Shown here piece by piece: positions 25,590-37,911 of a stretch of DNA of 64,000 nt. The notes beneath the pieces were generated by a model. That model did not search any database and was not told the DNA's origin. It saw nothing but the letters and a program-made list of their open reading frames with translations. Numbering within the stretch: position 1 is the stretch's first letter; every line of letters begins with the position of its first letter. Position numbers and translations under genes: made by a program. Source of the stretch: Hypanus sabinus (lineage: Eukaryota); the NCBI RefSeq assembly GCF_030144855.1, contig NC_082706.1, positions 148,614,001 through 148,678,000 of the forward strand, in the 5' to 3' direction.

Positions 25590-25852
25590 ACATACAGCAC
25601 GCTATAGGCCCTTCTGGTCCTTCAAGCCATGCTGCGCAGTAACCCACCAATTAAATCCTCGCCTAATCATGAGACAATTTACAATGACCAATTAACTAAC
25701 TGGTACATCTTTGGACTGAGAGGAAATAGGAGCACCCAGAGGAAACCCAAGCCATCATGGGGAGAATGTACAAACTTACAGCTTCAGGAATTGAACCAGA
25801 GTCGCCAGTACTGCAAAGCATTGTGCTAACCTCTATGCTACCATGTTGCCCC
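25590..25852 (-). mobile_element. tRNA-derived SINE (V-SINE/HE1-like)
   Basis: GGAGCACCCAGAGGAAACCCA..GGGGAGAATGTACAAACT..GGAATTGAACC..GCTAACCTCTATGCTACCATGTTGCC is the reverse complement of the SINE head and body. Confidence 0.75.
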
Positions 25853-26667
25853 AAACGGCAGGATTTTGTCAGCACTTAAGGTCTAAGTTTCAGGAAATAA
25901 TGCCAGCAAATGGTGAAGCTCCGAGAGGAATTTTCTCTGTTGAAGAGCAAGCATAGAAATGATACCTACAGAATTAGAGTGGATGAAAGGGCTCATGATC
26001 TTTATTACCATGAAGTGATGGAAAGAATCAGAAATGTTATACTCAAAATGAATGCTGGCATAAAGCTATGAAATGCCAGTCCATCAAAATGTACACAAGG
26101 TGTAATGAAATCAAGCCCAGAACAAGTTGTAGGTATTGCTGAAGCACCAAGGGAGAAGAAAGAACTAAATGTGTTTCTAACATAAATCTAATACACTATT
26201 CCTTTCATTCTTGTTGTAGCAGAGTACATAAAATCTGATTGAAGTTTTGAAAGGAGGTCCTGTACACGAGTGATAACAATCCCATGAAGCAAGTTTGAAC
26301 AAATTCATTGAAATATTGTGCATAGAAATTAGTGTTGCCCACCAGTACAGGGAAAACATATCTTTTACAGATAGATGCTCCTATTAAAATATTAGTTCCA
26401 GTCCAAGATGGCAAGCCAACATCATTTACTTTAACAGTACTCACACCAACAGAAGCACAATATATTAGCATAGGAAAAGAAAGTTAAATATAAAAATAAC
26501 ATTTATAAAGATAAGCTATTCACAATTCTAAATGAATGTGAGAAATTCCATACCAATCTCCATGGCAGGAGATCAGTAGGTCAGGGTGACCACCAAACTA
26601 CAGAGCAAATATACAAGAAAAAGCTTTGTGCTCTACCAACCAGAGAGCAATGTTACTATGATATTTT

Positions 26668-27826
26668 ACATGGAACATAAGACATTGAAGATACAACACA
26701 GGAATAGGACATTTGGCCCACAATGTTGTGCCAAAGCAGCAAAAAAAGCAAGTTTTAAAAAAAAAAAACACCAAGCACTAATCCATCCAACCTACAATGT
26801 CCATATCCCTTCATTCTCCTTGCATTCATGTGCCTTTTCAAATATCTCTTAAAAGTCTCTAATGTATTTGCCTTCACAACCATTCCAGGCATCCACAACA
26901 TTCACAACCCCCTTAAACCTACTCCGGCTCACCTTCAATGCATGCCCTCTTGTATTAAGCAGTTCAACCCTGGGGAATAGATGCTCTCTGTCCACTCTAT
27001 CTATGCCTCTCATTATCTTGTAAGCCTCTATTGGATCTCCCCTCATTCTCTGGTGCTCCAGAGAAAACAATACTAATTTATCCAGCCTCACATTATAATG
27101 TACCCTTCAAATTGGGAAGCATCCTAGTCAGCCTCTTCTGCACTCTCACCAAAGTCTCAACATCCTTCCTATAATGGGGTGACCAGAACTGTATGCAATA
27201 CTCCAGATGTGGCCTAACCAGAGTTTTATTAAAGTTACAACATAACTTCCTGATCTTTAAACTCAGTGCCTCAGCTAATAAAAGCAAACATTCCATAATT
27301 AACCATTTTAACCTGTGTAGCCACTTTCAAGGAGCTATGAACTTGGATCCCAAGATCTCTCTGCTCAGCAAAACTGCTAAGGACTTTGCCCATAACAGTG
27401 TACTGTCTCCTTGCATTTGTCCTACTGAGCTGCAACACCTCACATTTAGCTGGGTTAAACTCCATCTGCCATTTCTCAGCCCATATCTGCAACTGGCCTA
27501 TATTGTGCTGTATTCTTTGTCAGTCTTCTGCACTGTCCAAGACTTGATATCATCTGCAAATTTACTAACTCGCCCATCTATATTTTCATCCAGGTTATTT
27601 GTGTATATGTTACAAATGTCAGAAGTCCCAACACAGATCCCTGTGGAACTCCACGAAGTACAGACCTCCAGCTGGCATAAGTCCCTTCAACCACTATTCT
27701 GTCTTCTGTGCCAGCCAGTTCCAAATTTAAATAGCCAATTTGCCAGGGACCCATGCATCTTAATCTTCTGGATTAGATTCCCATGAGCAATTTCATCAAA
27801 TGCCTTTCTACAATCCTCATAGACAA
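26668..27826 (-). mobile_element. CR1 LINE 3' ~1.2 kb (RT C-terminus)
   Basis: WAEKWQMEFNPAKCEVL, TLVRPHLEYCIQFWSPHYRKD and LFSLEHQRMRGD. Confidence 0.92.
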
Positions 27827-28241
27827 CATAATTTAATCTACAATACTAATTAGCAAAATAATATGTTTTAGTAGGTGCAGTACTCCAATTGTAACCACAA
27901 GAGACATCTCAGTTAGTTTGGATGAGCAAGATTGAAAGGCTTGCCTAGGTGCTGTATTACTTTGAAGTAATTTTGGGGTGGTCTGAAAAGATCAAACCAC
28001 TGACCTACAAGGTGTCAATGGTCAGGCAGAAATGCAAGCGCAGTAGAAATTGTGATTGAATAGATTACATCCAGAACAACCATAACCCAAAAGATACAAG
28101 GATGACTTCAGAAGGTACACAAAATCCAAAGGAACATTCAGAATTGCAAGGTGAGAGCTGTATTTACCTCTATTGTGGATTGACATCACAAAGATATAGA
28201 ATGCTGTGACCACACGTGGTTTGCAGAACAAGACAATGGGC

Positions 28242-28453
28242 AAATAAGTTCTTCTCTGGCTTCCAATCAGGTACAGGTATCGATGTTAACCAACATTTGA
28301 ATGACAAATGCTGCCTTCTTCATCAGGGATGATGCCTCATCAGGGATCATCTCTGAACATGGCAGAGTTTGCCATCAAAATGTCAGATAAAATCGATTCA
28401 ACTGGATACAGTTTATTTATTGTATATGCCAGAAAAGTACTAGATTTTTTTTT
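28242..28453. mobile_element. Penelope-like relic: two inverted pLTR fragments with decayed hammerhead cores
   Basis: The minus arm reads CCCTGATGAAGAAGGCAGCATTTGTCATTCAAATGTTGGTTAACATCGAT and the plus arm reads CTCTGAACATGGCAGAGTTTGCCATCAAAATGTCAGATAAAATCGAT. The two arms are homologous and inverted. Confidence 0.65.
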
Positions 28454-30767
28454 AGAGACAGTGTTCCCTAACAAAATAAATGATTTGCAAGATCAAGAAG
28501 AAACAGAAGTATCAATGGCAGCACCATCGCCAGCAGCAACAGCTGAGAATGCGACTGGGGAAAACAGCTAGAGGCATGTTGCCACAAGAGGGAAGAAGTG
28601 ACTATAGTCAAGTCAATAGAATGCTTTATCATCTGTGCAATATCTGAAATAGAAGTTGAGTTTAAACTTGACAATCACAGTAAAAACTTTAAAAGAGCAA
28701 ACATCTAGTTAGAAATGAGGTGTATTGTGTGTATATTATTCTAAGAGTTGGCCTGGGACTATATTGTTTAAAATGTATGCTATCTTTTAACTTTTCCTAC
28801 ATCATTTATTGGTGTACTTGTACTAGCTGAAAATATATTTAACATAGTACAAATCATGAAGCCAGAACAATAAAAGCATTGTAGAATTCTAATGGCGAAC
28901 AGTGATGTGGACTGGGAAGTGCCTATCAGGCCTTGCCTTCATGACACAAACCCTCACTACTTTTGTCAGTAGTTTTATGGGGCCAGAGACTACACCCATA
29001 ATAAAACTAAATAAGATTCTCTGAAAACTGAGGGCCTAATACTAAAGATCTGGATATATTTCTACCCTTTTTGCTTTTGTCTTTGTAATTCAGCCAGTGT
29101 ACAATACATGTTTTCTGTGAATTTCACTTCCTCCCAGAAAGTTTAGTTTTGACTAGTTCAGATTTGAGTAACTATGTGGAAGGCTTTGCCAATATTTATG
29201 CCAAATTGACATATTATTGGAGCTACACCGTCTTTGGCAAAAATACATGTAATAAGATGTAGCATTACTTGCTCGAATAGGTAAATGTCTTTTAAAGATG
29301 CACACAAATTGTTTAGGTTCCCTTTCCAAATACAGTTCTTACTGGTAGCTCAAAAGGAAGACTTGTCACAAATTAATATAGATGTATTTTGATTTTTAAT
29401 TCATTTATATGAACTGTGACTGTTACCCTGTGATTACCATTTGACTGAGTATCTACATGGAAAGAACAGATAAATACAAAGCAACGTGAGCTTCTACACA
29501 TGAGCATATAACATGTAAGCTGATTTTTTAAAATTTGACAGCGGGTGCAATTCCAGTTGAATTGCAAAACAGAATGTGGCTAAAGGGGTGGAATGCCACT
29601 GCAATTGCTGGGAGATTTCAGTCCCATTGTATAAAAGCTGAATCAGATATGGTGGTGTGAATGCTATGCTATGGAGCTACTTGTGAGTTTTCTTGCGATG
29701 AAAGGTAAATTTTACCAAATCCACATGGAAAACAAAACCTTCAATTAAATGCATGCCATTTCCTACTTTGGCATCTAGTTAAACATAGCTATTTCCAGAG
29801 TAATGGTACATATATATTGGTTTGTGCTCATATGTTAGTTACTAAGTATAACTGTTACTAGTTTGACAGTCACCACTTCAAAAATGGTTATTACAGTAAA
29901 ATATTGAAACACTTAAAATTTTTCAGCTTGGCCAAAGGTCAGCTTCCATGATTCATAGGCATGTTCCCTTGATGCTCTGGGTGAATAATGTATAATATAG
30001 TATAAATACAAAAAGAATCACAGTATACTACAAAAATAAGCAAAGTTCCAATATTTAATGTTTCATTTCCAGGCAGATCACTTCAGCTAAGCAGTGCATG
30101 TCGTAGTCTTTAGGGTTATGTTTGACCAGAACACCCAGCCTCTCATGTAGTCCTCTTGATTTCAAAGGTACAATTAGTATCAGGGAAATGTATACAATAC
30201 ACATCCTGAAATTCTTTTGCTTTGCATTCTATTGAAAAGCTAAAAGGGAAAACTGCAAATGTCATAAAGCAGATATAAAACAGCTAGATATTGAACGTAA
30301 GAAATACTCCACAGAGCAGCAACTTTAGTGCAAATATACAAGTTATTAAGAAAAATATCCAAGTTGTTATAGACAAAAAAGACAGTCTTTGGTATCTGGA
30401 GTTGTATGTTACAAAAATGAAGCTTAGAAATAGGAGCAGAAATAGATCAAAGTTCTCTGAGCTTGCATGGCCTCACATTATAATTGGGACAGCAATTCCA
30501 CTTTACTGTCTCTTCACCATAAAAATCATCAGTTTTATAGTCTACAAACTGTCTGTCTCAACATTGGATATGGTCAATGACTTGGTCTCCAATGCTCACT
30601 GAGGGTATTGAATCCTAAAGATTCCCAAACCTTTGACAGAGGGGGAAAAAATCTTCCTCATTTCTGTTTGATATGGGTGACCCATTATTTTGAAATTATA
30701 TCCTCATTTTTAAAATCCTGTCAAAGGGAAACTGCTTCTTGGAATCTACCTTCATAATCTGATACAA

Positions 30768-33700
30768 AACCATAAGATATAGGAGCAGAACTAGACCATT
30801 TGGCTCATTGAGTCTGCTCTACCATTTCATCATGGCTGATTCAATTTTCCTCTCAGCCCCAATCTCCTGCCTTCTCCCGATATCTCTTCATGCCCTGACT
30901 AATCAAGAATCTATTGGCCCCTGCTTTAAATGTACATAAAGACTTGGCCTCCAGCTGCTGCTGGCATGGAATTTCACTTCTTCACCACTCCGGCTAAAGA
31001 AATACCTCCTCATCTGTTCAAAAAGGACACCCTTCTAATCTGAGGCTCTGACCTCTGGTCTTGCACTCTCCTATCATAAGAACCATCCTCACTACATCCA
31101 CTCTATCATGGCCTTTCACCATTCAATAGGTCTCAATCAGGTCACCCCTCATTCTTAAGATAAGGGGCCCAAAACTGTTCACAATATTCCAAGTGAGTCC
31201 TCATGAGTGCTCTATAAAATCACAAAATGATATCTTGCTTTTATATTTACAGACCTCTTGAAATGAATGTGAACATTACATTTGCCTTCCTCACCACAGG
31301 CTCAGCCTGCAAGTTGACCTTTAGGGTGTTCTGCACAAGGACTCCCAAATACCTTTGTGCCTCAGTTTTTTTTTGTATTTTCTCTCCATTTAGAAAAAGG
31401 TAACCCATTCTAAATTTCTACCAAAGTGCATGACCATACACTTCCTGACATTGTATTCCATCTGATGTTTCTTTGCCCATTCTCCTAATCTAAGTTCTGC
31501 TGTAGCCACTCCACTTCCTTAAAACCACCTGCCCCTCCACCTTTCTTCATATTGTCTTCAAATTTTGCAGCAAAGTCATCAATTCCATCATCCATGTCAT
31601 TTGACAGAAAATATAAAAAGAATCGGTCCCTGTTGAACACTACTAGGCACTGGCAGCCAGACTGAAAAGGTTCCCTTTATTATCAGTATTTGCCTCCTAC
31701 CAATCAGCCAGTGCTTCATCCATGCTAGAGTCCTTCCTGTAATACCTTGGCTCATAGCTTATTTAAGCAACCTCATGTGTGGCATCTTGTCAACGGCCTT
31801 CTGAAAATCCAAGTACGCAACGTCAACCGATTCTCCTTTGCCTATCCTGTTCATTACTACTTCAAAGAATCCCAACACATTTGTCAGGCAAGATTTTCCT
31901 TTGAGGAAACCATGCTGACTGTGGCCTATTTTATCATGTGCCTCCAAGTACCCTGAAACCTCATCCTTAATAATCAACTCCAACAACTTCCCAACCACTA
32001 AGGTCAGACTAACTGGCCCATAGTTTTCTTTCTTCTGCTTCTCTCCCTTCTTTTTTTTTTCCCTTCTTGAAGAGGGAGTGATATTTGCAATTTTCCAGTC
32101 TTCCAGAACCATTATATAATCCACTGATTCTTGAACGATCATTACTAATGCCTCCACAATCTCTTCAGCCACTTCTTTTAAAACCCGGAGGTGTAAACCA
32201 TCTAGCCTAGGTGACTTATCTACCTTCAGACCTTTCAATTTCCCAAGAACCTTCTCTCTAGTTATGGTAAACTCACACACTTCATGATCACTGACACCTG
32301 GAACTTCCACCATACAGCTAGTGTCTTCCACAGTGAAGACTGATGAAAAATACTTATTCAGTTCGTCAGCCATTTCCCTGTGCTCCATTATACCTTTCCA
32401 GCAGTCCAATATCCACTTTTGCCTCTCTTTTACACTTCATGTATCTGAAGAAACTTTTGGTATTGTCTTTAATATTGTCTACCTTACTTTTGTATTCCAC
32501 CTTTACCTTAATGCCTTTTTTAGTTGCCTTCTGCTGGTTTTAGAAACTTCCCAACCCTCTAACTTCCCACTAATTTTTGCACTATTATATGCCCCCTCTG
32601 GCCTTTATGTTCACTTTGTCTTTTTTTATAAATTCTTTTAATTGAATTTTCAAATAGGTTACAGAAAGGAAAAAAAAAATCAACCCTCTTCCCCCCCCCT
32701 TAACCCCTCCCCCCAACATATCCCTATAGAAAAAAAAAGAGAAGAAATGAAAGAAAGAAAGAATGCCTGGATATCGGAGGATCCCCACATGCTCCATGGA
32801 GTTCATAATAGCTTTAATATGTATATTTTTCCCCAGATAACCAATAATTTTATCTTTGGAGGACCTATATATGTAATCCTATCTTTTGTAAATAAGGGTG
32901 CCAAATTTTCAGAAATATTTCATATTTATCTCTTAAATTATAAGTAATTTTTTCAAGTGGAATGCAGCTGAAAATTTCATTCTTCCAACGACCTATACTT
33001 AAGTATGAATCTGATTTCCAAGTAACTGCAATAGCCCTTTTGGCTACTGCCAATGCAATTTTTATGAATTCTTTCTGATATTTATTCAATTTGGATTTCG
33101 ATTTTATCCATTCAATATCGCCTAGTAAAAATAATGTTGAATTATGTGGAAGTTGTATTCCAATAATTTGTTCCAGTAAAACTTTTGAATTTGTCCAAAA
33201 AGGTTGAATTTTAAAACAAGACCAAGTAGAGTATAAAAAAGTACCAATTTCTTGATTACATCGGAAGCATTGATCAGATAAATTTGGGTTTAATTTATTT
33301 ATGTTTTGTGGTGTAATATATAATTGATAAAAAAATTATATTGCACTAGTCTTAGCCGAACATTTGTTGTATTTGTCATACTGTCAAGACATAGTCTTGA
33401 CCAATTTGTTTCTTCAATTTTAATATTCAAATCAGTTTCCCATTTTTGTCTTGACTTGTGAATTCCTTGTTTAATTGCCTGCTTTTGAATCAAACTATAC
33501 ATACAAAAAATAAATTTTTTAATTTTTCTTTTTGAATTAAAATTTCTATTTCATTAGGTTTCGGCAATAACATTGTTTGAACCAATTTATCTCTTAAATA
33601 AGACTTCTCTTGTTAGCCATTGTGTATCATCTTGCCTTTAGAATACTACTTCCTCTTTCAGATGTATATATCCTGTGCCTTCTGAATTACTTTTGGAAAT

Positions 33701-34130
33701 TCCAGCCATTGCTGCTCTTCTGCCGTTATCCCTGCCAGTGTTCTTTTCCAATCAATTCAGGCCAAATCCTCTCTCATGCTTCTGTAATTCCCACTGATAC
33801 TGATACATCTGACTTTGACATCTCCTCCTCAAATTTCAGAGTGAATTTGATCATATTATGAGCACTTTTCCCCTGTGGGTTCTTTTACCTTAAACTCTCT
33901 AATCAATTGTTTCATTGTGCAACACCCAATCCAGAGTAGTTGATCCTCAGTGGGCTCAACCACAAGCTGCTCTCAAAAGCCATCTCATAGGCACTCTAGG
34001 AATTCCCCCACCTGGAATCCAGCACCAGCTTGATTTTTCCCAATCTACCTGCATACTGAAGTCCTCTGTGACTATTGTAACATTGTCCTTTTGGCTTACA
34101 TTTTCTATCTCCTGATGCAAGTTGTAGATC
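30768..34130 (-). mobile_element. CR1 LINE (RT to endonuclease) interrupted by L1
   Basis: ORF 31759-32409 contains SQHGFLKGKSCLTN and VAYLDFQKAVDK. CR1 resumes at ~33602 with SDHD/GDFN-like endonuclease remnants to ~34130. Confidence 0.9.
32621..33601 (-). mobile_element. L1-clade LINE, 5'-truncated 3' fragment
   Basis: KWETDLNIKIEETNWSRL, RLVQYNF, CFRCNQEIGTFLYSTWSC (CCHC-like) and AKRAIAVTWKS..PLEKITY..FLKIWHPYL (fish L1 ORF2 C-terminus). A G-rich 3' UTR and A-rich tail are present. Confidence 0.88.
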
Positions 34131-34967
34131 AAATCCTTCTATTTAAATAAGATCATTACTGTACTTGTTTTTCCAAATCTCTTTGGGTACATCCAAACTG
34201 CTCAATTGTCCTTCATAAAAAAGAATTCATTCATCCCGGGAATAAATCCAGTGGAACTTTCCTAAATTATCTCTAATGAAAGCATATCCATCCTTAAAGT
34301 TGCAGTGCTGAACTTGTGGGAGTCTGTACTTGGGCTGCAGTTGTGGAACCGTGTACAAACTTTGGTTCCATTTTGTAGACAGAGTAATTGAATTAGAAAA
34401 TTAGAATTAGAAAAATCAAACTCCAATAATATCAAGAAGTATTTGTGATATGAAAAATTGAGAAGCTAAGACTTTGAGTAATTAAGAAAACTGGCTGAAT
34501 CTTAAATATGAAGAATATAATAGGCAATCAAAGACTCTTAATAAACCTAATATTTTCTCATACAAGTTTTGAGCAACATCTTGCTACTCTGGGTAAACAA
34601 TTTCCTGAAGGTTTCATCAAACCACCTGACGCACACAAATCTCCCTCTCATCAGAAAAAACAATCATTATTTTCCCATCTCAAGTACTTCCAAAATAATT
34701 AACTGAGTTTCTGGAAAATAAGGAGGAACTTTTTTTGCACTATGGCTCAAAGTTGCTGATAGCCCTGGAGCTTCACTGACCAGTCTAAGCTTTCCTTAGG
34801 AGTGCTAATCTCATCAACACCCTTAGCCAGCTATCCAACTCTGGAGGATTCAGTGGGTTGTACTCGTTCACAGCCTACGAGCCTTTCCTGGAGGTTTGGC
34901 AGCCAGAAAAGAGGCAGAACAGAAGAACATAGAACTCTACCACAATTTAGACTTGGTACATAGCATT

Positions 34968-35062
34968 ACTTGTGTTGATGTTTTCTGCACAAGAGCTCCT
35001 CAGTCTGATACTACAGTGGTATTATACTCAGGAGCTCCTGTGCAGAAAATATTAACTCAAGT
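34968..35062. repeat. 95-nt imperfect palindrome (47-bp arms centred on 35015)
   Basis: ACTTGTGTTGATGTTTTCTGCACAAGAGCTCCTCAGTCTGATACTAC-A-GTGGTATTATACTCAGGAGCTCCTGTGCAGAAAATATTAACTCAAGT; 39/47 Watson-Crick pairs by manual alignment. Confidence 0.9.
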
Positions 35063-35212
35063 CTGGTTGGATAAATTACCTGTTTTTATGCTGTAACTGT
35101 ATGACTCAGTGGTATAACATTGTCTGGATCGAGCACAGAGACACTAGCAGGCAAGCAAATGAGGGGAGACACTGACCTCTGGAGGTTAGAGGAGGCAATT
35201 GCAAATTAATCT

Positions 35213-37074
35213 GACAATAGACAGTAGGTGCAGGAGTAGGCCATTCGGCCCTTCTAGCCAGCTCCGCCATTCACTGTGATCATGACTGATCATACACAAT
35301 CAGTACCCCGTTCCTGCCCTCTCCCCATATCCCTTGACCCCGCTATCTATAAGAGCGCTATCTAACTCTCTCTTGAATGCATCCAGAGACTTGGCCTTCA
35401 CTACCTTCTGGGGCAGAGTATTCCACATATCCACCACTCTTTGGGTGAAAAAGTTTTTCCACATCTCTGTTCTAAATGGCCTACCCCTTATTCTTAAACA
35501 GGGGCCTCCAGTTCTGGACCTACCCATCAGCGGGAACATGCTTCCTGCCTCCAGTGTGTCAAATCCCTTAATAATCTTATATGTTTCAATCAGATCCCCT
35601 CTCATCCTTCTAAATTCCAGTGTATACAAGCCCAGTCACTCCAATCTTTCAACATATGACAGTCCCGCCATTCCAGGAATTAACCTTGTGAACCTACGCT
35701 GCAGTCCCTCAATAGCAAGAATGTTCTTGCTCAAATTTGGAGACCGAAACTACACACAATACTCCAGGTGGGGTCTCACCAGCACCCTGTACAGCTGCAG
35801 AAGGACCTCTTTACTCCTATACTCAATTCCTCTTGTTATAAAAGCCAGCATGCCATTAGCTTTCTTCACTGCCTGCTGTACCTGCATGCTTACTTTCATT
35901 GACTGATGTACAAGAACACCTAGATCTTGTTGTACTTCCCCTTTTCCTAACTTGACTCCATTTAGATAGTAATCTGCCTTCCTGTTCTTGCCACCAAAGT
36001 GGATAACCTCTCATTTATCCATATTAAACTGCATCTGCCATATGTTTGCCCACTCACCCAACCTGTCCAAGTCACCCTGCATTCTCATAACATCCTCCTG
36101 ACATTTCACACTGCCACCCAGCTTTGTGTCATCAGCAAATTTGCTAATGTTACTTTTAATCCCTTCATCTAAATTATTAATGTATATTGTAAACAGCTGC
36201 GGTCCCAGCACCGAACCTTGCGGTACCCCACTGGTCATAGCCTGCCATTCCGAAAGGGACCTCACTACTTTTCGTTTCCTGTCAGCCAGCCAATTTTCAA
36301 TCCATGTCAGTACTCTGCCCCCAATACCATGTGCCCTAATTTTGCCCACTAATCTCCTATGTGGGACTTTATCGAAAGCTTTCTGGAAGTCCAGGTACAC
36401 TACATCCACTGGCTCTCCCTTGTCCATTGTCATAGTTACATCCTCAAAAAACTCCAGGAGATTAGTCAAGCATGATCTTCCCTTCATAAATCCATGCTGA
36501 CTTGGACTGATCCTTCTACTGCTATCCAAATGTGTCGTAATTTCCTCTTTTATAATTGACTCCAGCATCTTTCCCACCACTGACGTCAGGCTAACCGATC
36601 TATAATTCCCTGTTTTCTCTCTCCCTCCTTTCTTGAAAAGTGGTGCAACATTAGCCACCCTCTAATCAGCAGGAACTGTTCCTGAATCTTATAGAACATT
36701 GGAAAATGATTACCAATGTGTCCATGATTTCTAGAGCCACCTCTTTAAGTACCCTGGGATGCAGACCATCAGGTCCCAGGGACTTATCAGCCTTCAGACT
36801 CAACAGTCTATTCAATACCGTTTCTTGCCTAATATAAATTTCCTTCAGTTCATCCTTTACCCTAGTTCCTTTTGCCACTATTACATCTGGGAGATTGTTT
36901 GTGTCTTCCCTAGTGAAGACAGATCCAAAGTACCTGTTCAACTCATCTGCTATTTCCTTGTTCCCCATAATAAATTCACCCGTTTCTGTCTTCAATGGCC
37001 CAATTTTGGTCTTAACCATTTTTTGCTATTCACATACCTAAAGAAGCTTTTACTATCCTCCTTTATATTCTTGA
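35213..37074 (-). mobile_element. Young 5'-truncated CR1 LINE
   Basis: ORFs 36011-36658 (YLDFQKAFDKVPH, SGVPQGSVLGP, SKFADDTK), 36666-37019 and 35300-35629; GACAATAG-type tail. Confidence 0.95.
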
Positions 37075-37271
37075 CCATTACAAGCTTTCAAGTTCAGGTT
37101 CAAGTTTTAAAAAATTACAGGTGGGATCATTTTTAAATTAAAAGTACTAAATAGTTTTAGAAGTTGCATTAATAGTCTTTGTATTTTCAATTATAATTTT
37201 GATGAAAGGGATTGATTAGTGATTTTAATGTTACTATTATACCAAGGCTTGCCAAGAAGTTACAAATACCA

Positions 37272-37385
37272 AGTCCTGAAAAAGGGTCTCAGCCTAAAAT
37301 GTCGACTGTATACACTTTTCCATAGATGCTGCCTGACCTGAGCTTTTTTTTGTGCGTGTTGTTTTGGAATTCCAACATTTGCAGA
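37272..37385 (+). mobile_element. Penelope-like terminal fragment with decayed hammerhead core
   Basis: GTCCTGAAAAAGGGTCTCAGCCTAAAATGTCGACTG..CATAGATGCTGCCTGACCTG..TTCCAACATTTGCAGA. Confidence 0.6.
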
Positions 37386-37529
37386 CTTAAGTTTATTATA
37401 TCCTCATTTACGGTTTTTGTTTTTGACACCATTGATAATTTCATCATCCTCCAGTGTCATCCTTCCATTGTCCAGTAAAACAAAACTGCACACATTTGTC
37501 AAGTCCAGGCAACTTTAAGAACATCTGTT

Positions 37530-37760
37530 CCTCTTTGTCACTTCTGGTGTCTTCCAAGGATCTGATGTTCTCATATTCTTATTGACTTGCATCATCAGAA
37601 ATATTATCATTGTCAATATTCATGCTAACAACACCCAATTCAACCTTCTTACTGCATTTCTTGACTCAGGTCATGATGTTTATTCAACATCTGGTATGAG
37701 ATGTATAAATATCTCTTCCAATGAAATATGACTGCCTTCATATCTTGCCATTAACTTTAT
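37530..37760 (+). mobile_element. Ancient L2-like RT relic
   Basis: ACTTCTGGTGTCTTCCAAGGATCT (TSGVFQGS) and CATGCTAACAACACCCAATTC (degenerate YADDTQL). Confidence 0.5.
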
Positions 37761-37911
37761 TCACTATCCTGAAACACCTCAATACTACAGTGGGAGCATG
37801 TGGAGTACAAAGAGCAGGAGAGTACAACATCCCAAACAACCCATGTACCCATCCCATCAGACACCACCAGACCAGTCCGTGGTAGACATTGGAGATTCCA
37901 ATTTGGCATCA

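Noticed and set aside
26177-26480. ORFs 26205-26471 and a plus-strand frame after CTTTTACAG (IDAPIKILVPVQDG..)
   Set aside because: No recognisable homology, no convincing splice donor, and length within chance expectation.
27193-27786. Long plus-strand ORFs such as 27193-27786, 35334-35906, 36126-36500 and 39647-39997
   Set aside because: They are antisense shadows of CR1 RT coding sequence.
28308-28674. ORFs 28308-28571 and 28468-28674 as genes
   Set aside because: The first begins inside the Penelope relic. Neither contains an identifiable domain.
29542-29704. Plus-strand exon candidate (TTTGACAG ... GTGAGT/GTAAAT)
   Set aside because: Stop codons in all three frames and a weak polypyrimidine tract.
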